A DNA stretch of 64,000 nt from Raja brachyura (Eukaryota). Below, one piece after another: positions 1 through 35,528 of this stretch. The translations under genes and the position numbers were made by a program. Position 1 is the stretch's first letter, and each line of letters opens with the position of its first letter. The stretch spans positions 18,352,001-18,416,000 of the forward strand of contig OY740816.1 in the NCBI GenBank assembly GCA_963514005.1, in the 5' to 3' direction. The notes under the pieces were generated by a model. It searched no databases. It worked only from the letters and a program-made list of their open reading frames with translations, and had not been told where the DNA came from.

Positions 1-1916
1 TGGGACTCATCAGGGAATCCCAGAAACGTTTACAGCTAAATCTTTGAAGGATTGTCCCTTTTGTAATATGAAAATATAGTAGTCAACTACTGCAGATAGA
101 CACAAAATGCTGGAGTAAGTCAGCGGGATAGGCGGCATCTTTGGAATGGGTGTAATTGAGATAAGTCAATTAATGTAGAATGAGCTTCGACCAACAGCAT
201 TCTGATGGTCAGAGGATTCGATCTTCTATAAACCTCCATAAACAAAAATGAGCCCTGTTTTTTTTAAAAATCCAACCACTCCTAAAAATACGTCATCAAT
301 AACAGTATAGCAATTCCTTAGCACCACACTGCATTTGGCAGCCCAATCGTTTAAGGGGAAAGTACCAATGACCCAACTCAGAACTGACAGGGCTACCGCA
401 ACATAGCGAAAATCCACAATAAAGCCGCAGGATTTTGCGTCAACATACTTCTGAACCCTGGACATTATTGTTCTGGTGTCTGTGCTCTTTTGGATGACTA
501 TTAGAAACATTCCATAGTGTGCGGTTGGCCACCTTATGAGATAAGTGCCAAATGGAAAAATCACCCAGTCTTCAGCTTCTGGTTTTTAAGAAACCCAACT
601 GCGACGTGAAGCATTAACCATTTCCTGGCACACTTTGCACAGAATTTTAATGCGCGTTCCATCTAGAGAGTTGCAGTCCAGAATTCTTTGAGAGTCTTTA
701 CAACAGATGCTTTATTCCTGTCCACATATGTTACAGATTCTCAAGATGATTTAACTGGATTGGAAATTGAGAATTAATTTAACACACCTGACATTTCCTG
801 AATTCTGTAAGTATCTTACAGCAAGGTAGCCCTCGAAGGACCCATCCAGACAAAACTCAACCTGCATCTCCCATTAACTGAAATATTTCTTGTCTTCTTA
901 TGGATATTGTACAAATTCCCCAGGCTTTTCCAACATTTTGTTTAACCTCTCTTGAATTAGTCACGTCTGAACGCATTTTAAAACATTGGCGATGGGCCCA
1001 GAGGGGCGGTGAAGAGTTTATTTTTTTTACCCAGAGTTGTCCTGAAAAGGAGCTGGAAACGAATTCTATAAACATGTTTTGATGACAGTTTTACAAGAAT
1101 TGGAAGATAGACTTGCTGAAACAGTGGGTGGGGGTGAATGAAGTCTGGCCGATCTTTCAAAGGACTGGCATGGACAATGTCGACTGAATGCCTTCTTTCT
1201 GTGCATTGTCAATGAAGTCTGCAAGGTTCTGGCTCCACAACTGGTTGTTGCTTGATATCTTTGAAGTAACAATGTTTGAACTATTTTTCTACATTTTATT
1301 GTCAGTTTCTCACTGCAGGATTTAGTGAGGCTGCCTTTTTGGTAAGGAGTTAAAACCCTTGATACTTGATAGACTTGGGTAGATTTCAAAGAAATGTGAA
1401 GTCATTTGAAGAAACGATCATATCATAATGTTGATGATTAATAAGAGATGCAACTAATGACTGTGTGAAGGTCCTTTGATATAAAGTACTGTAATTTTTT
1501 TTTGTTTATGCAGATTGGAAATGAATTTTCTGTTTTTTTTTTCCATTGGCAAAACCTATCATTACCGAGACAGCTTGTTTACTGAGTGAAGGGGCAGTGC
1601 AAAGACAAGAGGAAATTGTGCTGGGAAAAGTTGACAATTCTCCGGAGTTGATCTGGAGTGTCTGGTAATTTATGAAAATTACTGTGGGGCTCCAGAATGC
1701 TGCTTGTTTTCTCACATGCCTTTTTGATTTTATCGCTCGCAGGCTGAAGGATCCTCTGGCGTCTGCATTGCTGTTTAACGGATGCCCACTGGCAGCCCAT
1801 TCATTCAGTGAGGTCCCACATCTTGGGGGAGTCAGCAGGGAAGGAGACTTCTCACGGAACACTCAGTAGGATGGGTACATTAAGCATGACTAAAATGTAA
1901 GAAACCTTCTACACGA

Positions 1917-2368
1917 GTTTAGTTTAGTTTGGAGATACAGCGTGGAAACAGGCCCTTTGGCCCACCGACTTCATGCCGACCAACGATCCTCGCATACTAA
2001 CACTATCACTAACCGACTTCATGCCGACCAACGATCCTTGCATACTAACACTATCCTACACACACAATTTAGTGATTTTTAGAGATACAGCACGGAAACA
2101 GGCCCTTCGGCCCACCGACTTCGTGCCGACCAGCGATTACCCCATAGACTAATACTACACACACTGGGGAGACTTTATATCTGTACCAAGCCAGTTACTC
2201 TACAAACCTGTAAGTCTTTGAAGTGTGGGTGGACACCAGAGCATCCTGGAGAAAACCCATGCAGTCACTGAGAGAAGGTACAAACTCCATATAGACAGGA
2301 TCCGTAGTCAGGATCAAACTCAGGTTGCTATAAGGCAGCAATTCTACTGCTGCACCATCATGCCACCC
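1917..2368 (-). mobile_element. HE1-type tRNA-derived SINE with tandemly duplicated tail segments
   Basis: (tttag)n tail, gagatacagc..gaaacaggccc; head tggtgcagcagtaga on minus strand; internal repeat ccgacttcatgccgaccaacgatcc. Confidence 0.8.
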
Positions 2369-4565
2369 TGTTTACAGGGATGTTGTACATGGATGACCTT
2401 ATATTTATGATTATAATGAAGTTTTAATCTTGGCACCACGACAGTGCTTATGAATTTACTACTGCTGTGCAGTCTCTACCTGTTAGCTGTTGTGTTCACA
2501 TATGGAAAATGCACTGACTTTAATGACATCAAATGTTTGACGACTGATATTCTCCTGTGGTTAGCAACGTCGAACTGGGATACATTTCATTCCCAGTTAT
2601 TATTAAGCTATAGGCGTTCTGACGAGAATAAGATTTGTCATGAGGGAATGTTGAAATTTGTGGCGAGAGGAAAAACCAAAGATGAATGTGTTTAAAAGCA
2701 AGTAATTTCCAGTGCTTGAGAGTCTGCTGGGTCCCACTCATGAAGTGGCTGCTTACAGTAGCCAGGCCTGGAAACTATTGATTGCCCGGATCATTAAGCT
2801 TCACTGCGGAAGTTGTTGTAGTTGCAGCCTGTGGCTTAGAGGGTCTCAGACATGGCAAAGGCTAAAGGCATCCAGGCACTGGGTTTGGACTGGATGTGAG
2901 GTGTGTTTGCTCAGGTATGAAACGAAAACTTGAAATGACCACAACCAACCTGAGCCCAAGCCCCTGTCTTCCTCTTACATCCAACCTAACTTAACCCAGA
3001 GGCATCCTCACTTCAAATTGGAAAATTGCTTCCTGATCTTGAACGCTGTTCCCTGTCCAGTCCCTGACAGCGGCACTAAGGCCAACTTAATCAGATGTTC
3101 CTCCATTCTGGGTCAAGTTCTTAATACATTTAAAAGATACTTGGACTGGTTACATGGATAGGAGGTTTAAAGGGATGTGGGCCAAATGCAGGCAAATGGG
3201 ACTAGATTAGATCTTGGTCGGCATGGATGAGTTGGGTCGAAGGGCCTGTGTCCATACTCTATGATTCTTTAACATTATGCAGTCCCCGATTGACTGTCCA
3301 ACTAGTATGGATGACAGCAGTAGTGAAAATGATTTGGACAGAGTACAGATGTGTGCTGGCACAGAATAACCAATCTGATCCATCCCAACACTGTTTTGCT
3401 GGGACATAGATTGAGCCCAAACCCACACTCACGGTACGCTCCTGTTGAACTCGTATACACTTGCTTTAATGAATTACTAATTGCAACTGTAGTGGGAAAA
3501 CAAGATTCAGTATTTTCAGAAACAATAATTATCTCAAACAGAAAATCTATAGGACTCAATATCTGAAATATTAAGGCCTTGTGGATTCGGTCTTGACCTC
3601 TGTATAATGGGATCATCCTTATGCTAAAAATAAACCAAATATATGTACACGGTTTATAATGCAGTTCAGACAATTCTTTACAGAAAATCTTGGTGGCAGT
3701 TCAATCAACTTGCCATAGTTTGAGATCAGACTTGAAATCCCCTCTGTTACTTCCTAAATAGCTTGAGTAAGAATTATCTAGCCATGATGTCTCAGTCATC
3801 ATGAAACGTAATAAAGGCAACGTTGCATGTTTGCCTGATCACCAACTAACCTGAGGATGAAAGGTCTTCCTCCTGAAACATTATCTCCATTTTTCATCCC
3901 TAATATGCTGAGTGTTTCCAGAATTTTCAGTTTTTGTCTCAGATTTCCAGCATCTGCATTGTATTTTGTTTTCTGATTTTCTCCAATCGCTCCACCCTAG
4001 CCACCACTAGGGGGAGTCTCAGTCTGTGCAAGTACTTCTTGCATATTCCTGGTGCCGATACAAGTGCAATGGTCTCTTCAACAGGGCTTGATACAAACTG
4101 TATCAAGAGAACAAGGAGGATGCGGCATGGGGGAGCCACCGAGGGGGAGGGGGGAGAACAAAGGAGGATCTGGCGCGGGATACTTTGTAACTCTGTTGGC
4201 GCCCTTTATGTGCCGACTCTTGGCATACCTTTGATATGCAAAACGAGGAATTTCACTGTGACTTGTCACATGTGACAATAAAGAATTCATTCATTCATTC
4301 AGTGGCTAAACTATTTCAGTTGCTGGGAGATGGGAAAGGTCTCCAACATATCAGCAATTTCACTTTGTTTTTATGAATGAAATTCTCACTACCTGTTTTG
4401 ATTTGGTTGGGAATTTTGACTTTGAGACTGAAAGCTATGGAGAAGTCGATAGGATGAAACGTCCCACACTGCTGTAGAATTATGTAATGGTCTTGGGAAA
4501 TGAGAAACAGACTGAAAATAACCGCCAAAACCCAGACCAGAAGCCTAAAGGCCCATAAAATCTTC

Positions 4566-4700
4566 ATCAGTCTGAAGAAGGGTCTCGACCCGAAACGTCA
4601 TCAGTCTGAAGAAAGGACCCGCCCTGAAACGTCACCCATTTCTTCTCTCCAGAGATGCTGCCTGACCCGCTGAGTTACTCCAGCATGTTGTGTCTACCTA
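4566..4700 (+). repeat. Penelope-terminus repeat with tandem hammerhead-like motifs
   Basis: ctgaagaagggtctcgacccgaaacgtc (4572-4599) immediately followed by a second ctgaaga..gaaacgtc (4606-4633). Confidence 0.75.
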
Positions 4701-5896
4701 GACGCCCATGAAGTGTCATTTACAAGTTCATGGCCAGTTCCCTCTTGCCAAATGACTTAAGGCATCACAATTATTTAGTGTTATAAAGACTAAAACCAAT
4801 TTGATGCATACTGAAACTATGAATGTGTTGAACGAGAGCGGATTTCAATAGTGGCAGATCCGAATGGTAGTGTGTTGCCCATCCGTCGTCTTTCAATACC
4901 CCTGAAATGTTGTGTCGACTTTATAGTAACCATTGTAGTTAGAATGGTCTACAGTGTGATGCGCTCCATGTAGATAATCTCGGGGTAGGAGTCAACGAGG
5001 AGGGAGAAAGAATAGCAAGCTTTTCGGCAAGGCATCATCGTCATTGAAGCACCTTGACAAAATAGATGGGGGGTTCGGTTTCACTGAATACTGCGGCTCA
5101 ATCTGATGTCAAGCGCAACAAACAATGGGTAAAATGTTTGACCATCGGTAGGAGACCACTGTTTCCACCATTCATTCCATTCTCGGCTGGTCTGTTCTTC
5201 AGAATCGCTAAGTGCTGCCAGTGTAAAGGAACTCCCATGCTGCAATTCCTTAGATTCTGGCACTGTAAAATTAAACCAGTTTTGGTCAAAGTGACAGAAT
5301 TTATTTGCCCTAGGTACAGAATGACATTATAACACCAGCTCTCTCTCTATGGGCACAGAGTCTGAATGGATTTAAGACAAAAATAATTCCTCAGATGTGG
5401 TTGCTGCTGGCAAGAGCAGCATTTATTGTCCACCTCCATTTGCTGTTTACATGGTGAAAATGAGTCACTTGCCTCAAACTGTTGTAATCCATGTATACAG
5501 GGTGATTCGAGAACATTATTGAGATGGAGAGTTGCTGTATTTTGACTCGGTAAACATGAAGGAACTTCAGAAATACATATCCAGATTGTATATCCAGATA
5601 TGCATCCAGTGTGATGGTTTTCCCTTACTGCTGGTCATGTTTTCTTTAGTGCTAGAGGATGTGGAGTTGGAAGGTGCAATCAAAGAAGCAAGGTTTCCTC
5701 TGTCAGAAAGTAATACTTTCCACGCTGTACGAGATCCGTGCCCTGAAGAACAAGACATTTCCCATATGTGGGATAAAACACTTAACTCATTTTATGCACT
5801 TTGTTCATTCATGAGTCACTGTACATTAGGAGATCGTCACCTGTGGTGTGTGTTTCATAATGGCCGCTCCCCCTGAGAGATTGGTGCCCTGCCCAT

Positions 5897-26838
<20,942 letters not shown>

Positions 26839-28421
26839 TATCAGTTATCAGTAGCCCACTGAAAAAAAAGAATGAGATTAGTGCCAAATTACACCTTGTA
26901 CTAATAATTGGATCGCTAAATCAGAATATCCATTATCACTGATGCACCATGCAGGGAGGAACTACATGTGATGATTTATAGCAAAGATAGACGCAAAATG
27001 CTGGAGTAACTTAGCGGGTCAGGCAGCATCTCTGGAGAAAGAGTTAACCAGGGAGTTGCGAGGAAACGCTCACTGTGGAAGGCGGTAAGGGGTGGAGATG
27101 GTTTGTGGTGGGATCCCGTTGGAGGTGGCAGAAATTTTGGAGGATTATGTGTGTTCAATGGCAGTACTGAATGACTGCAACAATCCTTTGACTATAAAAC
27201 TCGATGAGGTACCTTGATTTTATAAGAAGTGGTGTAAAATTCAAGTATTTCCTTATTCATTCCGTGGATGATTTCCGGACTGTTTATTCTGCATCACACT
27301 GAAAAAACCCCTCTTCTAAATCAACAGGAAATACTTCCAAAAGACCAAAGTGAATACAATCGTCTCCAAAATTTTAATGGAGGCTCACTGAGGATAAATA
27401 TATCTTCAGTTCCTATGCTAAATGTGTTTGACGATGTTGGCTTAGCCTCTGATATTCAGCTCTCCCAAAAGCTAAATGTAATCAGCAGATAAGAACTTTG
27501 AACCCATTTGATCTCAGTGCCAGAAGATGAATTATTCAGACCCCATGGGGGGGGGGGAAATAATCAGTATGTGTAAAAATGTGCAATCCAGCTTGCTAAG
27601 ATCTGCTAATTAGGTGGTTATAATTTCCCTTGTTTATGGTTTCTCTGCTATTTTTTGTGAGAATTAATGAAGACAAAATGCAGCCCTAACCTATGATATA
27701 CAAATCTAACCAGTCAGGCCGAATTGGAAGTCTGGAACTAGAAATGTCAACAGAGGGCGCAGATCAATCAATGTTGTTTAACTGTATGGCTCATTTGTAA
27801 CAGTGTTAACTACGTTCTATCTCTCACGCACAATATAAAGTGCTAACCTCGACAGCAATCTTATCTGATGTCTGGCATGGCTCAAGGGTAGCAATCTTGC
27901 CTCCCTCCTCATAAGGTTATTGGATCAAGGTCCATCCTAGGATGGCACACCAGTCAGGGAATGTTGAGCAGGAGTCATCTATCAGATGTGTCATCAAGGC
28001 ATTGTTTTCTCTCTTAGGTGAAAGATTCCCACAGCATCATTTAATGAGATGAGCAGGATATAATCCATGACGTGTGATTGCACCGGAATGAGTGCATGGG
28101 AGATTCATAAGAGAAAATTATGTGATGATAGGCGAGAATGAGGATGGGCTGGGGGCGTTTTGATACAGAAGGTGCGTGGAGACTTAATTCAGACATACAG
28201 AGTGAAAAACAAGGAAGGAATATTTTTCCTGTTTGAGGAACCAATAATTCGGAGGTAAAGTTTGACATAAAGAATGAGAGGGGAATGAGGGAACTTTTAT
28301 TTATTCAAATGGTGTTAGAGGTCTAGAATTTGCTCCCTCAGAGTGAAAAGAAATAGGTAGACATCCTCGTTGCATTTAGAACATGCGTGAACATGTCCTG
28401 AGGAAGCAATGATTTGCAGGA

Positions 28422-28742
28422 CAATAGACAATAGGTGCAGGAGTCGGCCATTCGGCCCTTCGAGCCAGCATCGCCATTCAATGTGATCATGGCTGATCAT
28501 CCCCAATCAGTACCCTGTTCCTGCCTTCTCCCCATATCTCCTGGCTGCGCTATTTTTAAGAGCCCTATCTAGGTCTCACTTGAAAGCATCCAGAGAACCT
28601 GCCTCCACCGCCCTCTGAGGCAGAGAATTCCACAGACTCACCACTCTCTGTGAGAAAAAGTGTTTCCTTGTCTCCGTCCTAAATGGCTTACTCCTTATTC
28701 GTAAACTGTGGCCTCTGGTTCTGGACTCCCCCAACATCGGGA
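28422..28742 (-). mobile_element. CR1/HER1 3' fragment
   Basis: Reverse complement of the 18290-18610 type 3' end. Confidence 0.88.
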
Positions 28743-31700
28743 CCTTCGATCAGGTACTGGGAATTTGAGTTAGGAGATGCAGAACTGGAATAAAAGCAAT
28801 GGGCCAAAAGGCCTTTTCCTAGATTTTGTTATGATTCTTTGACATCTTGGCCTATGTTTATCCATAATGATTAAAAGCAGATTATCTATATGTTAAGACA
28901 TTGCTCTTTGTGGGAACTCACTCAGTAAAGATTGGATGCTGATTTTCATCTATCACAATGACAGCACTTCAAAGTCTATCTCTTTTACTTCATTGACTGT
29001 GAAGTGATTTGGGAAGTTCTGAGGAGAGATACTGTAGGTGCAGTATTCAAAACATCTTTCTTATTCATGCTGGGCAGTTCAAACCAATAAGAATTTGAAA
29101 CTCTGCTCTATGATGATTAGGCAGTCTCAATGTTTAATGTTCTCTGTGTCATTCCTAACTGTCTCTCCATGTCATGTTGCCGCTTGCGGGCGGAGCACCA
29201 AGGCAAATTCCTTGTATGTGAATACTTGGCCAATAAACTTATTCATTCTTTCTATGACAGTTTCCCGCCTATGGTGACTCCTGACAGAAAACCTGTGGGA
29301 GAGTTATGATCAAATGGACATAGCTGTAAAATAAAGGTGCATAGAAAATAAGGGACCCCAAGGGATGCAGATGCACGAGACATTTAAGACAGAGGTGGAA
29401 AAATATTTGAAATTTAAAGAATTGAGGGGTGTGAGAAACTGGCACAAAAGAGGAGTTAAGGTCAGTATAGATCAGCTATGATCGTATTAAATAGCGGAGG
29501 GGTCCGGTGACCTGTACCTGCTTCCATTTTGGAAAAACACAAAGTGCTGGAGTAACTCAGTGGGACAGGCAGCACACCTGGAAAACATGGATAGCTAACG
29601 TTTCAGGTCGGATCCCTTCTTTAGACTGATCCTGCTTCTATTTTCCAGTGTTCTTATGAAATTGACAAAGTAGTGTTTTTTATAGGAACAGGGTTCAGAT
29701 GTTCAAAATTGATTTGTATCAATTCTTACAACAAAAATTATAAATGCTTTAGCTGACAGTGCAAGAAATTGATGAAGAACACCTTCAGAAGTTAGAATCG
29801 TTAAGGCACAGGAGGCCATTTGACCCATTGAGACTATGCTGGTTCTTCATCATTCAACTCAATTTGGTTGTCTGAAGAAAGATCTTGACCCGAAACATCA
29901 CCCATTCCTTCTCTCCAGAGATGCTGCCTGTCCCGCTGAGTTACTCCAGCATTTTGTGTCTATCCATGTTCTTTCACAACAGGCTTGCAAATAACTTTCC
30001 CTCAACCTTTTCTGAAAAGTATATTTTCACTCCTCTCAAAGGAGGCAATCTGCTGATTGTAACCACAGTTTAATAAAAAAACAATTTCCTTGTATTCCTT
30101 GTAATTCCTGCCAGCCCTTCATATTATTTGTATATCCATATAATTCTGTCCTCATTTCATCCAATAATGGGAACAATCTCTCTATTTACCCTATATAAAA
30201 CCATTAAAGTTAATTACATGGGTTAACGTTCCTTCCAAAAATTTCTTTCCATTTTGATGAAAATAATATTACTTTTCTCATGGCTACAGTAGCCTGAACA
30301 CGCAGGTACTGGTTTGTACAAGTCTGACACAACTCTCTTTGCTAATACAGAGTGAAACCTCAACCACTTCATGAATCACATTCCACACATTTTTCTCGCA
30401 AAGTCTCAGTTTCTGTGCCACAAAGAACCACCGATTAGTTTTTCTTGCCTACCTTCACGTTCTTTGCTCTGGTTGTTGATCCGTTAACCATAAGGTACAG
30501 CCATTTAGGGTGGAGGTTATAGTCAGAAGTGGCAGAACACCTCAACATAGCCCTGGGGAGCCGCACCTCCAGGGAAATCTATTAGCTGGCAAGACGCAAG
30601 GGGTCTGAAGAGAGTTGTCAGGTACACTCACACCTGATGGGGAGCTTAACCTCAGTGACGCAGCAAAGCCAGTCATTTTCTTATGCAACCCCTTAACAAA
30701 TAAAGTGGCAACTCTGATTCTATTTAGTGCTACGAGTCTACTGAGCATTTGAGAGGCACGGCACCCCCACAGAATGTGGAATATCCCAGTGCTATACTCC
30801 ACCCTTTGGCTTAGAGTAGAGGACACTTGACAGCAAACCTGCGTACCTTTAATGCATGTCATTCAGACCAGGAACTGGAAAGATTGTGCAAACAGTGCCC
30901 TTCCCTCTTGCAAATACCCAATCAAGATGACCAACCATAGGGGTTGCTCAGCAATCAAAACAACTAGAGCACTGCGCAGTACAATAGGAGTATTTGTGTA
31001 ATTGTGTACTTTTCATTTGTGATAATACCAGAGATGTTAAAAAAAAAAATAGCTGGGTATTAAACTGCCAAGGCCAGGGGAAGAAGAAAGTTCACAAGGG
31101 TTTTTCTGCATGGAAATATGCTCTTCAGCCAAACTTGTCCATGCCAACCAGCATGTCTCGTTATGTTAGACAAAAATGCTGGAGAAACTCAGCGGGTGCA
31201 GCAACATCTATGGAGTGAAGGAAATAGGCAACGTTTTGGGCCGAAAAACCCTTCTTCAGTCCAAAATGTTGCCTATTTCCTTTGCTCCATAGATGCTGCT
31301 GCACCCGCTGAGTTTCTCAAGCATTTTTGTCTACCTTCGATTTTTCAGCATCTGCAGTTCCTTCTTAAACATTCGGCCTCTTTTTGTTAATCCTATCAGT
31401 CTACATTTCACCCATATCCCCCAAAACATTTCCTTTCATCGTACCTGTCCAAATGTCTTTTAAATATTGCAATAATACCTGTCTCAATCACCTCCTCTGG
31501 CAGCTCGTTCCATATATGCATCACACTGTGGGTGCAGCTTGCTGCTCAGATTCCCTTAAACTCTTTCCTCCCTCATCTTAAACCTTTGTCTCCTAGTTTT
31601 AGACACACTTATTAACATCTATAAATTCAGCCCTTCCTGGGAGAAGAGTCCCTGCCTATTCAATCTCTCTTTAAACCTCGTCCTGGCAACATTCTTGTGA

Positions 31701-32427
31701 ATCTATTCTGCACGCTTTCTAACATAATCACATCCTTCCTGTAGCATGGCAAACAGAATTGCACACAGTGAGATCACGTGATGAAACCTCAGGACACACC
31801 CAGGTAGATTTGGCAGAACTTGCAGACAGTGATGAATAATAGATGTTTGGGCTTTTACCCAAGAGCTTCTGCTCGCCTGGCCCTGCCACTTAGTTCAATG
31901 GGAACTGGCATCACATGTCTCTTAAATGGCTACTTTTATTGAGTACATGTAGTTAAGGGCCATGGAGACGTACAGCCAAAGCCCTAATGCAACATTTGCG
32001 GAGGCAAATGGACTGACGATGTTTTGGGTCAGCACTCTTCTTTATTTTGATGGTGAATGATTATGGTGTCTGACCCGGCGTGGGGGGGCCGCTGTGAGGG
32101 AGGGGGAAGAACAATGAACAATGGAGGACCTGCCGTGTTGGGACCGCCCGGTGGGAGGGGATTTGAGGGAGAACAGGGGTATGGGAGAACAAAGGAGGAG
32201 CCGGAAGTAACAAAGGAGAGTTACTTTGTAACTTTGTCAACAATATATGCGGCGACTATTTCCATACCTTGGGTATGCAAGCAAATAATTTAATTGTGCC
32301 TTGTCACATCTGACAATAGTCTTCCATTCCCTTCCATTTCCTTTCACAGATACTGCCTGACCCACTGAGTTCCTTCAGCAGTTTGTTCTTTGCTGTAGTT
32401 TCCAATATCTGCAGCCTCTTTGGACTT

Positions 32428-33045
32428 AGAGAAACATAGAAAATAGGTGGAGGAGGAGGCCATTCGGCCCTTCGAATGGGATCATTGTGATCATGGCTGA
32501 TCAACCCCTATCAATAGCCCGTGCCTGCCTTCTCCCCATATCCCTTGACTCCACTAGCCCCTAGAGCTCTATCTAACTCTCTCTTAAATCCATCCAGTGA
32601 TTTTGCCTCCACCGCCCTCTGTGGCCGTGAATTCCATAAATTCACAACTCTCTGGGTGAAAAAGTTTTTTCTCATGTCAGTTTTAAATGACCTCCCCTTT
32701 ATTCTAAGACTGTGGCCCCTGGTTCTGGACTCGCCCAACATTGGTAACATTTTTCCTGCATGTAGCGTGTCCAGTCCTTTTATAATTTTATGTGTTTCTA
32801 TAAGATCCCCCTCATCCTAAATTCCAGAGAATATAAGCCTAGTCTTTTCAATCTTTCCTCATATGACAGTCTTTCCTCAATCTTTCCTCATATGACAGTC
32901 CCGCCATCCCAGGGATCAATCGTGAACCTACGCTGCACTGCCTCAATCACAAGGATGTCCTTCCTCAAATTAGGAGACCAAAACTGTACACAATACTCCA
33001 GATGTGGTCTCACCAGAGCCCTATACAATTGCGGAAGAAACTGCA
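32428..33045 (-). mobile_element. CR1/HER1 LINE 3' fragment
   Basis: ESRTRGHSLRIKG..FFTQRVVNLWNS; tail agaaacatagaaaat on plus strand. Confidence 0.9.
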
Positions 33046-33096
33046 GACTGCAACTGCAGACTTCTGCAAAACAACTGGTTCATTTTTAAAGGTAGA

Positions 33097-35528
33097 ACCG
33101 AAAGGCAGGAACTTGTAAAATATATCAAACCTTGATTAGAGCAGATACTTGAGATTACATAAAACCATTACAAGTGACAGATGTAGACCATGCAGCCCAC
33201 TTCACTATTTAACCATTTAATATGATCAGATCTGATATAATTGAGGGCTTCTATTCCACCTTCCTGCCCATTTCGTATTACCCTTGATTCTCTTACATTC
33301 TAAATGTTCATCATTAGCAGCTTAGAAAATAGTGTTTCATGAAACATATTCTGGTGTCCATATTGTAAAAGCATAAAGGGCCTGTCCCACTTGGCGACCT
33401 AATCCTTGAGTTCTGGCGAGTTTTCCCTCGACTCATACTCGCAGCACGGTCGGCACAAGGTCGTAGGAGGTCTTCGGAACGCCCCTTCATGCTCGAGAGT
33501 GGTCCCCGAGTCCTCAAGGCCTCAGCTAGGTCGCGGCGTTTTTTTCAATATGTTAAAAAATGCCAGCGAGTAAGGAAAGGTCGCCATGGAAAAAAACAAT
33601 ACTCTTTTTACTCATAGATTTAGTCGTGGTAGGTTGTACTAGATCGTCATGTTATTGGTAGGTAATCGAGGGTAGTCAAAAGTAGTCGTAGATAGTCTTC
33701 AACATAGTTGAAGGGAGGTCGAAGGAGATCGAAGGAGGTCGTCTTCACTCTCCACTGTTCGGTGACCAATTTTCCCGAAGCTAGTCGTAGATAGTCATAG
33801 CTTGTCAAAGCTAGTCTTCAACATAGTCGAAGGAAGTCGAAGGAGGTCTTCTACGTAGTCCAAGGAGGTCTTCAACATGTCATTTTTTCAAACTCTTCTA
33901 AACTCACCAATTATGTCGCCCAAGTGGGACAGCCCCTGAACAAAACATATCAGAAGGTGCAGAAGTGATTCACAAGATTAAAATCAGAACTATAAGAGAT
34001 TTCACCCTTCAGGTAAGAGTGAATAGGCTGGAACTCTTTTTGAGAAGAGTATGTTATAGTGATTTGATGTTTATGTTATTTACAAACCTCTACCTCTCTT
34101 CGTCTCAGTTTATCCTTATAAACTGAGATTATGTTATAGTGATTATGATGGAAATACAGAAGGAATAGGGCAGAACAGGGGGAACAAGATTAATATAATA
34201 ATTCATACTGCCAATAGAGAGTGATGCAGAAAATGGGAGGCTTAGTTGAGACAAATAACATATATGCATTTGAATCTAGATATAAAACACGAGGAAGAAC
34301 AATAAGAGGAATAAACTGAGATGAAGAGAGGTGAAGAAGGCTTGTAAAAGGTCATAAACACCAGAACTAACCAAATAGTGTTTGATGCATGACCAATTCT
34401 GTGCAACCCATGCAGAGGGAATACAACATTTCTGATAGCTGGCTGAATTTTCGTTATGCAATTCACTCTGCATCATCTACTTCAAGATACCAGTGAGCAA
34501 AAATGTGAAGAGATTGGGGAAGTAAATCAATGAAGAGGAAAAGAGAAGATTCAATAGAGGAATCCAACATATGAGGGACTTAATTTAGATAGGGAAACGC
34601 TGTTTCTGTAAGATGGACTGTTAATCAAAAAACACACAGATTTAAGACAATTGACAAAATAAGTTGTTCTATAGTTTTATGAGCGATATTCAGTTTGGAA
34701 GGATGCAGGATGCAATTTAGGTAATATTTTTCAAAAAGTGGGAGTTGGACTAAATGAACAAATGAATGTTCTGCAAGCTTCATTCATTCCAGGAAAGTTT
34801 ACAGATGATTTCAGTCCACTATTGCACGTTTCCATTGAATTAATTATCTCTGTAACAAGCATTCAAAGTAATTATGCTGCAGAATTCAATGAATTGATGC
34901 TGGAACTATTTGCTTCATAAAGAGATGACAGCTTTATTGCACTCATACAGTTGCTACTTTTTAACAAAAAACCTTATTTTCTTTCAAGCTGTTAAGTACT
35001 TTATTAAGATTCATTTTTTATCATTAATTCCAGGTAATGGCAAAGGCTGGTTGATCACTGGTTGAATAACCTAACATTTATTGGCTAACTATATTTATCT
35101 TTGAGTAGGTGGTGTGTGAGTCACCTTTTTCTTAAAGCATTCAGTTTTGTATTGAAGGAAAGGACATACAGTGCTGTAGTAACTCAACGGGTCAGGCAGC
35201 ATCTCTGCAGAACATGGATAGGTGACATTTCGGGTCGGGACTTTTCCCTCAGTAGTTTGTAAACTAGCATCTACACTTCCTTGCTTGTACGATGTGTTGA
35301 AGGAACTCTTACCGAAAAGCAGGAACTTGTAAAATATATCAAACCTTGATGAGAGCAGATACTTGAGATTACATAAAACCATTACAAGTGACAGATGTAG
35401 ACCATGCAGCCCACTTCACTATTTAACGATTTAATATGATCAGATCTGATATAATTGTGGGCTTCTATTCTACCTTCCTGCCCATTTCGTATTACCCTTG
35501 AGTCTCTAACAGTCTAAATGTCATCATT
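33097..35528 (+). repeat. ~218-bp direct repeat pair (33097-33315 and 35311-35528)
   Basis: accgaaa(g/a)gcaggaacttgtaaaatatatc...ctaaatg(t)tcatcatt present twice, ~95% identical by eye. Confidence 0.92.
33377..33938. mobile_element. Harbinger-like MITE with internal (gtcgaagga/gtcgta)-type repeats
   Basis: taa|agggcctgtcccacttggcgacctaat...tatgtcgcccaagtgggacagcccct|gaa. Confidence 0.8.

Noticed and set aside
226-564. 112-aa minus-strand ORF in non-repetitive sequence
   Set aside because: No recognisable domain, an in-frame stop just upstream, non-ATG start and no convincing splice sites; more likely UTR or intergenic sequence.
5422-5427. Minus-strand AATAAA as the gene's poly(A) signal
   Set aside because: It lies in a decayed repeat-like tail, and several other candidates exist further downstream; cannot choose without transcript data.
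33097-35528. Direct repeats as an LTR pair
   Set aside because: No TG..CA termini, PBS, PPT or internal retroelement ORF.
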